Below, in pieces: positions 39,694 through 49,719 of a stretch of 64,000 nucleotides of DNA. Under the pieces are notes generated by a model. The model searched no databases and was not told the DNA's origin. It was given only the letters and a program-made list of their open reading frames with translations. Source of the DNA: Burkholderiales bacterium. Its GTDB lineage: Bacteria > Pseudomonadota > Gammaproteobacteria > Burkholderiales > Casimicrobiaceae. Both the position numbers and the translations under genes were made by a program. The stretch covers positions 239,674 through 303,673 of the forward strand of contig JAXMFN010000003.1 of NCBI GenBank assembly GCA_046347725.1. The letters are read 5' to 3'. Within the stretch, counting starts at the first letter, position 1, and each line of letters opens with the position of its first letter.

Positions 39694-40608
39694 TCAGTCC
39701 TGCGGGCGGAAGCGCAGCGTCAGCGCGCGCATGAAGAGGTCCTGCCGGTCCGGCCGCGGCAGCGGGCTCGATTTCACGATTGCCCGCTGCAGCGCCTCGT
39801 CGTAGGCCTTGACGCCGCTCGACTTGCGCAGCTGCGCCTCGATGATCTCGCCGGTGGGGAGCTGGATCACCTCGAACACCGCTTCCGGATTGCCCGGGAG
39901 GTCCGGCGGAAGGACGACGTTGCCGCGGACCTTCGCCTGGATGCGGCGGACCCAATCGGCCTGCGCCGCGGCCCGCGCATTCGACTCCGCCTGCGCTTGC
40001 GCCTGCGCCTTGGCCTTCGCTTCGGCTTCGACTCGGGCCTTCGCGTCGGCCTCGGCTTTCGCGCGCGCTTCCGCCTCGGCCTTCGCCCGTTCCGCGTCGG
40101 CCTTCGCCTTCTCGGCGTCGGCACGCGCCTTCAGGGCGGCCGCACGCTCGCGCGCTTCGCGCTCGGCGGCGTCGCGCATCGCCTCGGTCTCGCGCGCGAG
40201 TCGCTCCTTGGTCTCGGCGGCCCGCTTCTCCTCGGCGAGCTTGCGGTCGCGCTCGGCTTTCTCCTTCGCGCGCCGTTCCTCCTCGCGCTTGGCCTTGAGC
40301 GCGATCTCGGCGTTGTCCGGTTCGACCTTCGGCGGCGGTGGCGGCGGCGGTTTGGGCTCGGGCTCCGCCTTCGGCTCCGGCTTCGGTTCGGGCTTCGGTT
40401 CGGGCTTCGGTTCGGGCTCGCGGATCTTCTGCGGCGGCGCGTAGAGTTCGGCAGTCACCGGCTCCGGCGGGCGGCTTTGCCAGCGCACCGACCAGACGAG
40501 GAATCCGATGAACACGAGGTGGACGACGATCGCCAGCGCGAGCGCGAGCGTACGCCCCGGCCGGCGTCGGCGGACGCGCTCGTCGGGCCGGCGTCGGTCG
40601 CCCTTCAT
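39694..40608 (-). CDS. tolA: Cell envelope integrity protein TolA
   Basis: N-terminal TM helix, PEPK repeats, Ala/Glu/Lys coil, TonB-C-like SSG..AYD.A..RAI; follows tolQR. Confidence 0.9.
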   Translation of the reverse strand: MKGDRRRPDERVRRRRPGRTLALALAIVVHLVFIGFLVWSVRWQSRPPEPVTAELYAPPQKIREPEPKPEPKPEPKPEPKAEPEPKPPPPPPPKVEPDNAEIALKAKREEERRAKEKAERDRKLAEEKRAAETKERLARETEAMRDAAEREARERAAALKARADAEKAKADAERAKAEAEARAKAEADAKARVEAEAKAKAQAQAQAESNARAAAQADWVRRIQAKVRGNVVLPPDLPGNPEAVFEVIQLPTGEIIEAQLRKSSGVKAYDEALQRAIVKSSPLPRPDRQDLFMRALTLRFRPQD

Positions 40609-40612
40609 CGGC

Positions 40613-41029
40613 TCAGGTCTGCGGTGCGCGCGCCAGGAGTCCGACCTTGCGCACGCCGTTGCGCTGCAGGAGGTCGAGCACGCCCAGCACGTCCTCGTAC
40701 TTCGCGCCGCGGTCGGCGGCGATCACCACGCCCTGGTCCGGCGCGCGCGCCTGTTTCGCGGCGATCCGCGAGACCAGCTCGTCGCGCGACACCCGCACCG
40801 CGGAGGTTCCCGGCTGGCCCTGGTCGCGCACCCACAGCGACAGGTCCTGGCGCAGCGTCACCTCGATCGGCGCCACCGGAACCGTGAGCTTCGAGCCGAC
40901 GGTCGGCAGCGAGATCTCGCCCGGCGAGACCAGCGGCGCGGTCACCATGAAGATGACGAGCAGCACCAGCATCACGTCGATGTAGGGCACGACGTTGATC
41001 TGCGACATCGACTTGCGCGCGCGTCTCAC
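40613..41029 (-). CDS. tolR: TolR
   Basis: INVVPYIDVMLVLLVIFMVTAP. Confidence 0.93.
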   Translation of the reverse strand: MRRARKSMSQINVVPYIDVMLVLLVIFMVTAPLVSPGEISLPTVGSKLTVPVAPIEVTLRQDLSLWVRDQGQPGTSAVRVSRDELVSRIAAKQARAPDQGVVIAADRGAKYEDVLGVLDLLQRNGVRKVGLLARAPQT

Positions 41030-41033
41030 CGCG

Positions 41034-41702
41034 TCATCCCTGCCGCTGGAGGATGTTGCTGAACTCCTCGATGAAGGTCTCGTAGCGGGTCGCGAGCCGG
41101 TCGACGTCGTGCGTATAGCGGTTGTAGGCGACGACCGCCGGAATCGCGGCGAACAGGCCGATCGCGGTCGCCACCAGCGCCTCGGCGATCCCGGGCGCGA
41201 CCTGCGCCAGCGTCGCCTGCGCGACGTTGGAGAGGCCGCGGAACGCGTTCATGATGCCCCACACCGTTCCGAACAGTCCGATGTACGGCGACACCGACCC
41301 GACGCTCGCGAGGCCGGACAGGTGCGCCTCGAGCCCGTCGATCTCGCGCTGGTAGGCCGCCCTCATCGCGCGTCGCGCCGCGTCGAGCGTCAGTCCCGCG
41401 CTCGAACCCTGCCGGCGATGCTTGGCGAATTCGCGGAAGCCGGCGGTGAAGATGTGCTCGAGGCCGCCGCCGGAGCGGCCCTGCGTGCATTTCTGGTAGA
41501 GATCGGTGAGATCGCCGCCCTTCCAGAATTCGTCCTCGAAGCGGCCGGCGTCGCGCTTCGCGGCGGCGAGCTGGAACAGCTTGAGGAAGATCTGCCACCA
41601 GCTCCACAGCGACAGCAGCGCCAGGAGCGCCATCACCGCCTGCACGACCACCGAGGCGTTGGCGATCATGGCGATGAACGAGAGATCCGCGTGGACGTTC
41701 AA
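41034..41702 (-). CDS. tolQ: TolQ
   Basis: SPYIGLFGTVWGIM, APGIAEALVATAIGLFAAIPA; TTG start overlaps the ybgC stop. Confidence 0.95.
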   Translation of the reverse strand: MNVHADLSFIAMIANASVVVQAVMALLALLSLWSWWQIFLKLFQLAAAKRDAGRFEDEFWKGGDLTDLYQKCTQGRSGGGLEHIFTAGFREFAKHRRQGSSAGLTLDAARRAMRAAYQREIDGLEAHLSGLASVGSVSPYIGLFGTVWGIMNAFRGLSNVAQATLAQVAPGIAEALVATAIGLFAAIPAVVAYNRYTHDVDRLATRYETFIEEFSNILQRQG

Positions 41703-42109
41703 CGGTCGGCCTCCAGCAGCGCGGCGAGCGCGGGGGGGATGCGGGACGGCCGCCAGCCGTCGCGCGTGAGGCAGGCGAGGCGGATGTCGCCTTCGACGAG
41801 CACCTCGTCGTCGCGTCGGACCGACTGGCGCGCCGACATCCGCGTGCGGCCGGCCGGTTCGAAGGCGACGGTCGCCTCGAGGCGGTCGCCCAGGCGGGCG
41901 GCGCCGCGGAAGTCGATCTCGGCCCGGGTCACGACGAATACGACGCCGTGGGCGCGCTCGAGTTCCGCGAGCGCGAGCCCGTGGTGGTCGAGCCACTCGG
42001 TCCGCGCGCGCTCCATGAACTTGAGGTAGTTCGCGTAGTAGACGACGCCGGCGGCGTCGGTGTCCTCGTAGTAAACGCGGACCGGGAAGCGGAAGGGTTG
42101 CGCGGTCAT
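41699..42109 (-). CDS. ybgC: Tol-pal-associated acyl-CoA thioesterase
   Basis: RVYYEDTDAAGVVYYANYLKFMERARTE. Confidence 0.95.
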   Translation of the reverse strand: MTAQPFRFPVRVYYEDTDAAGVVYYANYLKFMERARTEWLDHHGLALAELERAHGVVFVVTRAEIDFRGAARLGDRLEATVAFEPAGRTRMSARQSVRRDDEVLVEGDIRLACLTRDGWRPSRIPPALAALLEADR

Positions 42110-42148
42110 CGGATCGCGTCGGATCGGCCGGTCGCTCGCGGTGGCCGG

Positions 42149-43192
42149 TCAGAAAAGGTCGGCCGACCCGCCCGGGACGGGCGGCGCGAGACCCAGCAGG
42201 CGCCAGGCCTGGGCGGTCGCGACGCGCCCCCTCGGCGTGCGCTGGAGGAAGCCCTGCTGGATCAGGTAGGGCTCCAGCACGTCCTCGATCGTGTCGCGCT
42301 CCTCGCCGATCGCCGCGGCCAGGTTGTCGACGCCGACCGGGCCGCCGTCGAACTTGGAGACCACGGTCGACAGCAGCTTGCGGTCCATGACGTCGAGGCC
42401 CGACGCGTCGACGTCGAGCATCGACAGCGCGGCGTCGGCGACCGCGCGGTCGACGTGGCCGGCGGCGCGGACCTCGGCGAAGTCGCGGACCCGACGCAGC
42501 AGGCGGTTGGCGATCCGCGGCGTCCCGCGCGAACGGCGGGCGATCTCGAGCGCCCCGTCGGCGTCGACCGGCACCGAGAGGAGCTTGGCCGAGCGCGCGA
42601 CGATCCGGGTCAGCTCGTCGGGCGAATAGAACTCGAGCCGCGCGACGATGCCGAAGCGGTCGCGCAGCGGATTGGTCAGCATGCCGGCGCGCGTGGTCGC
42701 GCCGACCAGCGTGAACGGCGGCAGGTCGAGCTTCACGCTGCGCGCCGCGGGTCCTTCGCCGATCATGATGTCGATCTGGAAATCCTCGAGCGCCGGATAG
42801 AGGATCTCTTCGACGACCGGCGAGAGCCGGTGGATCTCGTCGATGAACAGGACGTCGCGCGGCTCGAGGTTGGTGAGCAGCGCGGCCAGGTCGCCGGGGC
42901 GCTCGAGCACCGGGCCCGAGGTCTGGCGCAGGTTGACGCCGAGCTCGTGGGCGATGATGTGCGACAGCGTCGTCTTGCCCAGTCCCGGCGGCCCGAACAG
43001 CAGCACGTGATCGAGCGCTTCGCGCCGTTTCGCCGCCGCCTCGATGAAGATCGACAGCTGCCCGCGGATCTTCTCCTGCCCGACGTACTCGTCGAGCATG
43101 CGAGGGCGCAGCGCCCGTTCGAGCGCCTCCTCCTGCGGACCGGCGGGCTTCGCGGTGACGACGCGGTTGAGCGAGTCGCTCTCGATGGCCAT
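42149..43192 (-). CDS. ruvB: Holliday junction helicase RuvB
   Basis: [36 protein letters not shown]. Confidence 0.98.
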   Translation of the reverse strand: MAIESDSLNRVVTAKPAGPQEEALERALRPRMLDEYVGQEKIRGQLSIFIEAAAKRREALDHVLLFGPPGLGKTTLSHIIAHELGVNLRQTSGPVLERPGDLAALLTNLEPRDVLFIDEIHRLSPVVEEILYPALEDFQIDIMIGEGPAARSVKLDLPPFTLVGATTRAGMLTNPLRDRFGIVARLEFYSPDELTRIVARSAKLLSVPVDADGALEIARRSRGTPRIANRLLRRVRDFAEVRAAGHVDRAVADAALSMLDVDASGLDVMDRKLLSTVVSKFDGGPVGVDNLAAAIGEERDTIEDVLEPYLIQQGFLQRTPRGRVATAQAWRLLGLAPPVPGGSADLF

Positions 43193-43223
43193 CGCGCTAT
43201 CTTAAGCCGGCGCGGCCGGCCGG

Positions 43224-43805
43224 CTACGCCTTCGCGAGGCGCTTCAACGCCTGCCGGATGCCGTCGGCGACCGCGATCCCCTCGGGCAGCTCCTTGACCG
43301 CCGCCACCGCCTCTTTGTCGCTGTAGCCGAGCGCGAGGAGCGCGTTGAGCACGTCCTGCGACGCCGGTGCGGCGCGGTGGACGCCGACCGCGGTCGACAG
43401 ATCCGCGCCGAGTTTGTCCTTCATCTCCAGCAGGATCCGCTCGGCGGTCTTCTTGCCGATCCCCGGAACGCGGGTGAGCCGGCCGGACTCCTGCAGCGTG
43501 ATCGCCTGGGCGAGCTCGGCCACCGACAGGCCCGAGAGGACCGCCAGCGCGATCTTGGCGCCGATGCCGCTGATCCGCGTCAGCAGCCGGAAGGCGCGAC
43601 GCTCGTGTTCGGTCGCGAAGCCGAAGAGCAGATGCGCGTCCTCGCGGACGACGAGGTGGGTGTGGAGCGTCACCGTCGCGCCCGGATCCGGCAGGTTGTA
43701 GAACGTGCTCATCGGCACGTCGACCTCGTAGCCGACGCCGTGGACGTCGACGACGATCTGCGGCGGGTTCTTCTCGAGCAGTGTGCCGGTGAGTCGGCCG
43801 ATCAT
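43224..43805 (-). CDS. ruvA: Holliday junction binding protein RuvA
   Basis: [37 protein letters not shown]. Confidence 0.98.
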   Translation of the reverse strand: MIGRLTGTLLEKNPPQIVVDVHGVGYEVDVPMSTFYNLPDPGATVTLHTHLVVREDAHLLFGFATEHERRAFRLLTRISGIGAKIALAVLSGLSVAELAQAITLQESGRLTRVPGIGKKTAERILLEMKDKLGADLSTAVGVHRAAPASQDVLNALLALGYSDKEAVAAVKELPEGIAVADGIRQALKRLAKA

Positions 43806-43896
43806 CGTCGCGGCGCGGGCGTCCCGCGGTCGTCGGAATGCGGGCGATTATCGCACGATCGTTCGACGCGGCGGAGCGCCGCGCCGTCCGCCGCTC

Positions 43897-44568
43897 TCAA
43901 CGCCGCGGCAGGCGATCCAGGTGGGCGACGAGGTCGCCGAGGCTGCGGTGCACGCGCGCGCCGAGCCCGACGATCGCCGGTCCCGGCGGCAGGAGGTCGG
44001 GCACCATCGCCGCGGTCATGCCGGCCGCCAGCGCCGCCCGGACGCCGGCGTCCGAGTCCTCGACCGCGAGGCAGTCCGCCGGATCGACGGCGAGCCGCGC
44101 CGCCGCGGTGACGAAGATGTCGGGGGCGGGCTTGCCGCGGGCGACCTCGTCGCCGCCGACCAGCGCGTCGAGGCGCGAGGAGAGCTCGACGCGCTCGAGC
44201 TTCGCGAGCGCGCGCCGGCGCCGGGTCGAGGTCGCGACGGCGCGCGGCACGCCTTCGGCGTCGAGCCAGTCGAACAGCGCGAGCACTCCCGGCTTGAGCG
44301 ACAGACCCTCGCGTTCGACGATCGCGTCGTAGGCCGCGTGCCAGGCCGCCATCAGCGCGTCGACCGGGTAGCGATCGCCGTGGTGGGCGGCGATGAGCGC
44401 GCGGCAGTCGGCGAAATTGCGGCCGATCAGCCGGTCAGGAAGCGCGGCGTCGAAGGTCACGCCGACGGCGGCGGCCGCGTCGCCCCAGGCGCGCGAGGCC
44501 AGCGGCTCGGTGTCGAGCAGCGTGCCGTCCATGTCGAGGACGACCGCCAGCGGACGGCGCGACGGCAT
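43897..44568 (-). CDS. HAD-IA family phosphatase
   Basis: LDMDGTLLDTE, VATS, GKPAPDIF, EDSDAG. Confidence 0.88.
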   Translation of the reverse strand: MPSRRPLAVVLDMDGTLLDTEPLASRAWGDAAAAVGVTFDAALPDRLIGRNFADCRALIAAHHGDRYPVDALMAAWHAAYDAIVEREGLSLKPGVLALFDWLDAEGVPRAVATSTRRRRALAKLERVELSSRLDALVGGDEVARGKPAPDIFVTAAARLAVDPADCLAVEDSDAGVRAALAAGMTAAMVPDLLPPGPAIVGLGARVHRSLGDLVAHLDRLPRR

Positions 44569-44570
44569 CG

Positions 44571-45401
44571 TCAGCGCGCCGGCAGGCGCAGCATCCGCCC
44601 GGCGCGCACCCGCGGTGCGCCGCCGGCGAGCGCGCCGATGCCGGTTGTCGCGTGAACGTGGCAGACCGCGGCCGCGAGGGCGTCCGCCGCATCCGCCGAC
44701 GGCAGGCCCGGCAGTGCGAGGAGCCGGGCGACCATCGCCTGCACCTGAGCCTTCGCGGCGCGGCCCCCGCCGACGACCGCCTGCTTGATCTGGCCGGCCG
44801 TGTACTCGTGGACCGGGCGTCCGGCGAGCACCGCCGCGGCGATCGCGGCGCCGCGCGCCTGGCCGAGCGCGAGCGTCGAGCTCGGGTTGACGTTGACGAA
44901 CACCCGCTCGACGACGATCTCGTCGGGGGCGTGCTCGGCGATCACGTGCGCGAGGTCGCGAGCGATGACGCCCAACCGCGTCGGCGTGCTGCCGGCTCCG
45001 GTGCGGATCACGCCGCTGGCGACGTAGGCGATCCGACCACCGGCGACGTCGACGACGCCGAAGCCGGTGAGGCGCAGTCCCGGATCGATGCCGAGGACCC
45101 GCCGGCCCCCGTCCCCCGGAGCGCGCCGCTCCCCAGGGGGCGCCGCGTCCTCGGGACGGCCCTTCGGAGGCGGGGGTGGTCCCCCGAGGCGCGCGCCGCC
45201 CCCAGGGCGCCGCGTCCTCGGGACGGCCCTTCGGGGGGTGTCCCCCCGGAGCGCGCTGCGCGCGCCGCCCCCCAGGGGGCGCCGCGTCCTCGGGACGGCC
45301 CTTCGGAGGCGGGGTGGTCCCCCCGGAGCGCGCTGCGCGCGCCGCCCCCCAGGGGGCACCGCGTCCTCGGGACGGCCCTTCGGACGCGGGTCCGCGCTCA
45401 C
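44571..45401 (-). CDS. ruvC: Crossover junction endodeoxyribonuclease RuvC with a repeat-derived N-terminal extension
   Basis: Core begins [14 protein letters not shown] and includes [21 protein letters not shown] and DAADALA. The GTG at 45401 overlaps the yebC stop; no ATG/GTG/TTG lies near the core. Confidence 0.9.
   Translation of the reverse strand: MSADPRPKGRPEDAVPPGGRRAQRAPGGPPRLRRAVPRTRRPLGGGARSALRGDTPRRAVPRTRRPGGGARLGGPPPPPKGRPEDAAPPGERRAPGDGGRRVLGIDPGLRLTGFGVVDVAGGRIAYVASGVIRTGAGSTPTRLGVIARDLAHVIAEHAPDEIVVERVFVNVNPSSTLALGQARGAAIAAAVLAGRPVHEYTAGQIKQAVVGGGRAAKAQVQAMVARLLALPGLPSADAADALAAAVCHVHATTGIGALAGGAPRVRAGRMLRLPAR
45115..45383. repeat. Four-unit repeat array inside the ruvC 5' region
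   Basis: GCGTCCTCGGGACGGCCCTTCGG at 45145, 45212, 45284 and 45361; each unit carries a CGCCGCCCCCCAGGGGG-type core. Confidence 0.9.
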
Positions 45402-46126
45402 GCGTCGCCGAAGACGGCCGACGTGTAGACGTCCTGGACGTCGTCGAGCGACTCGAGTGCGTCGAGGAGCTTCTGCATGCGCGCCGCGTCGTCGCCCTTC
45501 ATCTCGACCTCGTTCTGAGGCTTCATGACGACCTCGGCGACCTCGGCTTTGAGCCCGCCCTTCGCCAGCGCGTCCTTGACCGCGACGAAATCGTAGGGGC
45601 CGGTCACGACCTCGACGCTGCCGTCGTCGTGGGTGATCACGTCCTCGGCGCCGGCATCGATCGCGGCCTCCATGACCTTGTCCTCGCTCGTGCCGGGCGC
45701 GAAGACGATCTGGCCGCAGTGCTTGAACAGGAACGCCACCGACCCGTCGGTGCCGAGATTGCCGCCGTACTTGGAGAACGCGTGGCGGACGTCCGCCGCG
45801 GTGCGCGTGCGGTTATCGGTCATGCAGTCGACGATCACCGCGGCGCCGTTGATGCCGTAGCCCTCGTAGCGGATCTCCTCGTAGTTCACGCCGTCGAGCT
45901 GGCCGGCACCGCGCTTGATCGCGTTGTCGATCGTGTCCTTCGGCATGTTCTGGTCGCGCGCCTTGTCGATCGCGAGGCGCAGGCGCGGGTTCGCCGACGC
46001 GTCGGGGCCGCCGAGCCGCGCGGAGACCGTGATCTCCTTGATGAGGCGCGTGAAGATCTTGCCGCGCTTCGCGTCGGCCGCGGCCTTCTTGTGCTTGATG
46101 TTCGCCCACTTGCTGTGGCCGGCCAT
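45398..46126 (-). CDS. yebC: YebC/PmpR family transcriptional/translational regulator
   Basis: [33 protein letters not shown]. Confidence 0.97.
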   Translation of the reverse strand: MAGHSKWANIKHKKAAADAKRGKIFTRLIKEITVSARLGGPDASANPRLRLAIDKARDQNMPKDTIDNAIKRGAGQLDGVNYEEIRYEGYGINGAAVIVDCMTDNRTRTAADVRHAFSKYGGNLGTDGSVAFLFKHCGQIVFAPGTSEDKVMEAAIDAGAEDVITHDDGSVEVVTGPYDFVAVKDALAKGGLKAEVAEVVMKPQNEVEMKGDDAARMQKLLDALESLDDVQDVYTSAVFGDA

Positions 46127-46228
46127 GGTGTCGCGAGCGCGGTTGTGCGGGAGGCCGGATTATACGCGCGGCCGGACAGCGACGCCCCGCGACCGGCGCG
46201 TCCGTCGGGCCCGCGCGATAATGCGCCC

Positions 46229-46885
46229 ATGGCGACCTTCGGCGACGCCCGCGAGACCTGGAACGCGCGCTACGCGTGCGACGACTACCTGTTCGGCGAG
46301 GCGCCGAACGCCTTCGTCGAACGCAGCGCGCCCCGATGGCTGCGCCAGGGCGACTCCGCGCTGTGCGTCGCCGACGGCGAGGGTCGCAACAGCGTCTGGC
46401 TCGCCGGGCGCGGCGTCCGCGTCGTCGCCTTCGACGTCTCCGACGTCGCGGTGGCGAAGGCGCACCGTCTCGCGGCGAGCCGCGGTGTCTCGGTGGACTC
46501 GCGCGTCTGCGACCTCGCGGCGTTCCCGTTCGAGTCGACGCAAGTCGACGCGGTCGTCGCGGTGTTCATCCAGTTCCTCGGGCCCGACGAGCGCGGCGCC
46601 GCGTTCGCGCGGATGATGGCGTCGGTGCGTCCCGGCGGCTGTTTCCTGCTCGAGGGATACCGCCCCGAGCAGATCGCCTACCGCAGCGGCGGTCCCGGCG
46701 CGGTCGAGAACTACTACACGCGCGCCTGGGTCGAGCGGACCTTCGCCGGATGGGAACTCTGTCTGCTCGCCGAATACGACGCGGTGCTGTCCGAGGGCCG
46801 CCAGCACACCGGCCGATCGGCGTTGATCGACGTCGTCGCGCGTCGGCCCGGCGGGACCGGCGTCGCCGGCGCACGCCTGGGCTAG
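46229..46885 (+). CDS. Class I SAM-dependent methyltransferase
   Basis: WNARY...YLFGEAPN, ADGEGRNSVWLA, LEGYRPEQ, SGGP. Confidence 0.88.
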   Translation: MATFGDARETWNARYACDDYLFGEAPNAFVERSAPRWLRQGDSALCVADGEGRNSVWLAGRGVRVVAFDVSDVAVAKAHRLAASRGVSVDSRVCDLAAFPFESTQVDAVVAVFIQFLGPDERGAAFARMMASVRPGGCFLLEGYRPEQIAYRSGGPGAVENYYTRAWVERTFAGWELCLLAEYDAVLSEGRQHTGRSALIDVVARRPGGTGVAGARLG

Positions 46886-46888
46886 GAC

Positions 46889-47515
46889 CTAGATCACACG
46901 CTGCTGCGCGAGGAACTTCGACAGCGCCGCGAGGCGCACCGTGGCGTCGTTGACCTCGAGCATCGTCTGCTTGATCGGCAGCGGCAGCGGCAGGAATTCG
47001 GCGAGGCGGTAGCCGACCCAGGACGCGTCGTCGAAGGCGGGTGGGGACGGGAAGCGGTGCGGATCCACCCGCGCCGCCATGAGCTCGAGCAGCCGCGCGA
47101 GCGGCGCCGCGTCGGCCGGCAGCGCGACCTTCGGTTCCGCCGGCAGGTCGGCGACGTCCGCGACGACGAGGCGGTTCTTCTCGACGCGGTGGCGCAGGAC
47201 GCGGAAGCGGCCCAGGCCCTCGCCGGCGACGTGGAGGACGCCCGACTCGTGCAGGTCCACCGAGACGATGCGCGCCAGCGTGCCGACGTCCGCGAACGAG
47301 GCCGGCGCCCGGTCGGTCGCGACCTCGTCGCCGGCCGAGATCATGACGACGCCGAACGGCCGGCTTTGCCGGAGGCAGGCTCTGGTCATGTCGATGTAGC
47401 GCTGTTCGAAGACGCGCAGCGGCAGAACGCCGCCCGGGAAGAGCACCGTGCGCAGCGGAAACAGCGGGACCGTCGCGCCCGGGCGCGTGCTCGGTCCGCC
47501 CGCCGCCCCGGTCAT
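46889..47515 (-). CDS. LON peptidase substrate-binding domain protein
   Basis: PLFPL.TVLFPGG.LPLRVFEQRY..M, VGT.A.I, WVGYRLAE.LPL. Confidence 0.88.
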   Translation of the reverse strand: MTGAAGGPSTRPGATVPLFPLRTVLFPGGVLPLRVFEQRYIDMTRACLRQSRPFGVVMISAGDEVATDRAPASFADVGTLARIVSVDLHESGVLHVAGEGLGRFRVLRHRVEKNRLVVADVADLPAEPKVALPADAAPLARLLELMAARVDPHRFPSPPAFDDASWVGYRLAEFLPLPLPIKQTMLEVNDATVRLAALSKFLAQQRVI

Positions 47516-47820
47516 CGGGTCTCGGCGGACGGCGGCGCGTCTCGCCCCTCGCCCCGGCGCGGCCCGAGAACGTGCGGCACGCGCAGGGGGTCGAGCACGC
47601 GCGCGACGACGAAGTCGACCCGGGCGTCGCTCGTCGCCGGACGACCGTAGAACGGCGGCACCGGCGGCGGGATCATCGCCCCGGCGCGGGCCGGCGCGAG
47701 CATGTTCTCGACGAGTCCGATGTCGACGCCGGCGGCGAGCGGGCGGTCGGCCGGCCGCAGGCCCCGGGGCAGGCCCGGGGCGCCGGTGAACGCGACGGTG
47801 ACGCGACGGGGCGCGGTCAT
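47512..47820 (-). pseudogene. ubiX: Internally deleted, decaying UbiX flavin prenyltransferase
   Basis: N-terminus VTVAFTGAPG (usually TGASG) joined directly to the C-terminal ENML...GAMI.PP.P.FY.RP...VDFVVARVLD; about 100 central residues missing. Confidence 0.75.
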
Positions 47821-47863
47821 CGCGACGATGGTAGCCGAAGCGGCGGGTCGCCCGTCGACCCGG

Positions 47864-48700
47864 TCAGGCGAGCTCGCGGTGGCGTCGCAGCACCGGGTGG
47901 CGGCCGGCGAAATCGCGCGCCAGCCGCTCGACCAGGTAGACCGACCGGTGGCGGCCGCCGGTGCAGCCGATCGCCACCGTCAGGTAGTTGCGGTTGTCGC
48001 GAGCGTAGCCGGGCAGCCAGTCGGCGACGAATCGATGGATGTCGGCGTACATCCGCTCGACCTCGGGCGAGGCCTGCAGGAACGCGACCACGTCCGGATC
48101 GCGCCCGGTCTGCGACGCGAGCGCCGGTTCGTAGTGCGGATTGGGGAGGCAGCGGACGTCGAACACGAGGTCCGCGTCGAGCGGCACGCCGTGCTTGAAG
48201 CCGAAGGACTCGAATTGAAGCGCCAGGCGCGAGGCATCGACGCCGACGAAGTCCTTGATCCACGCCCGCAGCGCCCCGGCGGTGAGATCGCTGGTGTCGA
48301 AGACGATGCCCAGCGCCCGAGCGTCGGCCAGCAGGCGCCGTTCGTGATCGATCGCCTCGGTGAGCGTGCGTTCGTCGTTCGAGCAGGGGTGGCGGCGGCG
48401 CGTCTCGGAGAAGCGCTTGACCAGCGTCTCGTCCTTGGCGTCGAGGAAGACGAGCCGCACGCTCGTTCCCGGCGCCTTCAGCGACTCGATCGCGGCGCCC
48501 AGGCCGGCGAGGCCCTCGTCGCGGCGCGCGTCGAGCGCGATGGCGACGCGGCCGACACCGGTGCGCGCCAGGTGACCGACGACCGGGACGACCAGCGCGA
48601 CCGGCAGATTGCCGATCGCGTCGTAACCGGCGTCCTCGAGCGCGCCCAGGGCGACGCTCTTGCCCGATCCCGACAGTCCGCCGATCAGCACGACGTCCAT
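47864..48700 (-). CDS. rapZ: RNase adapter RapZ
   Basis: GLSGSGKS, RFSETRRRHP, SFGFKHGVP.DAD.VFDVRCLPNP, GCTGGRHRSV. Confidence 0.96.
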   Translation of the reverse strand: MDVVLIGGLSGSGKSVALGALEDAGYDAIGNLPVALVVPVVGHLARTGVGRVAIALDARRDEGLAGLGAAIESLKAPGTSVRLVFLDAKDETLVKRFSETRRRHPCSNDERTLTEAIDHERRLLADARALGIVFDTSDLTAGALRAWIKDFVGVDASRLALQFESFGFKHGVPLDADLVFDVRCLPNPHYEPALASQTGRDPDVVAFLQASPEVERMYADIHRFVADWLPGYARDNRNYLTVAIGCTGGRHRSVYLVERLARDFAGRHPVLRRHRELA

Positions 48701-48737
48701 GGTGTCGATGCGGTCGCGTCCCCCGGGCGTACCGGGG

Positions 48738-49697
48738 TCAACCACCCTCGTCCATCAGCCGCTGCTGGCGCTCGATGAACTCGCGCGTCGAGTCGATGCC
48801 CCGCTGGTTCAGCACGAAATTGCGCACCGCCGCCTCGACCAGCACCGCGAGGTTGCGGCCGGCGGCGACCGGGATCGTCACGCGGCGGATCGGGACGCCG
48901 AGCACCTCCTGGATGTTGGCGTCGACCTTCAGACGATCGAGCTCGGCGAAGGTCTCGTGGCTGTGGTCCTCGAGATGGACGATGAGCTTCAGCAGCTTGC
49001 GCGGGCGCACCGCGGTCTCGCCGAAGATGACGCGGATGTTGAGCACGCCGATGCCGCGCACCTCGAGGAAGTCGCGCAGCACCGCCGGGCAGCGACCCTC
49101 GATCGTGTCCGGCGAGATCCGGTAGAGCTCGACGATGTCGTCGGCGACCAGTCCGTTGCCGCGCGAGATCAGCTCGAGCGCGAGCTCGCTCTTGCCGATC
49201 GCCGACGCGCCGGTGATCAGAACACCCATCTCGAGCACGTCGAGGAAGACGCCGTGCAGCGTCGTCGACTCGGCGAGCACCCGCGACAGGTAGAGCCGGA
49301 AGACGTCGACGATGTGCGGCGAGGGCTGCGACGAGGTGAGCAGCGGGACGTGATGGGTCTCGCATCCTTCGGCGAGCGGCGCCGGCACGCTCTCGCCGTT
49401 GGCGACGACGACCGCGACCAGTTCGCTGGTGAACAGCCGGGCGATCGACGCGACGGCGGTGTCGGCGGGCAGCGCCGCGAGGTGGGCGATCTCCGCCGCG
49501 CCCAGCAGCTGGACGCGGAACGGATGGATGAAATTCATGTGCCCGACCTGCCCGATCGTCGGCTTGAGCGCCGCCTCGCCGGTCAGCACGCGGCTGCCGC
49601 CGTCGCGCCCGGCGATCCACTCGAGTCCCAGTCGCTCGCGGTTGTCGTCGAACAGCCGCTGGATGCTGACCTGCCTCAGGTGCGTGTCGGTGGTCAT
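48738..49697 (-). CDS. hprK: HPr kinase/phosphorylase
   Basis: HGVFLDV, GASAIGKSELALELISRG..LVADD, IPVAAGRNLA. Confidence 0.97.
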   Translation of the reverse strand: MTTDTHLRQVSIQRLFDDNRERLGLEWIAGRDGGSRVLTGEAALKPTIGQVGHMNFIHPFRVQLLGAAEIAHLAALPADTAVASIARLFTSELVAVVVANGESVPAPLAEGCETHHVPLLTSSQPSPHIVDVFRLYLSRVLAESTTLHGVFLDVLEMGVLITGASAIGKSELALELISRGNGLVADDIVELYRISPDTIEGRCPAVLRDFLEVRGIGVLNIRVIFGETAVRPRKLLKLIVHLEDHSHETFAELDRLKVDANIQEVLGVPIRRVTIPVAAGRNLAVLVEAAVRNFVLNQRGIDSTREFIERQQRLMDEGG

Positions 49698-49719
49698 CGC
49701 CTCGGCGCAGGGCCCGCGG

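Noticed and set aside
40340-40420. 12-bp tandem repeats in tolA
   Set aside because: They encode the ordinary PEPK linker of TolA/TonB proteins.
43897-44568. HAD gene inserted between ruvC and ruvA
   Set aside because: Small insertions at this position are common and nothing suggests a functional link.
45115-45383. Repeat arrays (also 38351-38552) as a CRISPR array
   Set aside because: Units are degenerate, the intervening sequences resemble each other rather than being unique spacers, there are only 3-4 units, and no cas genes are present.
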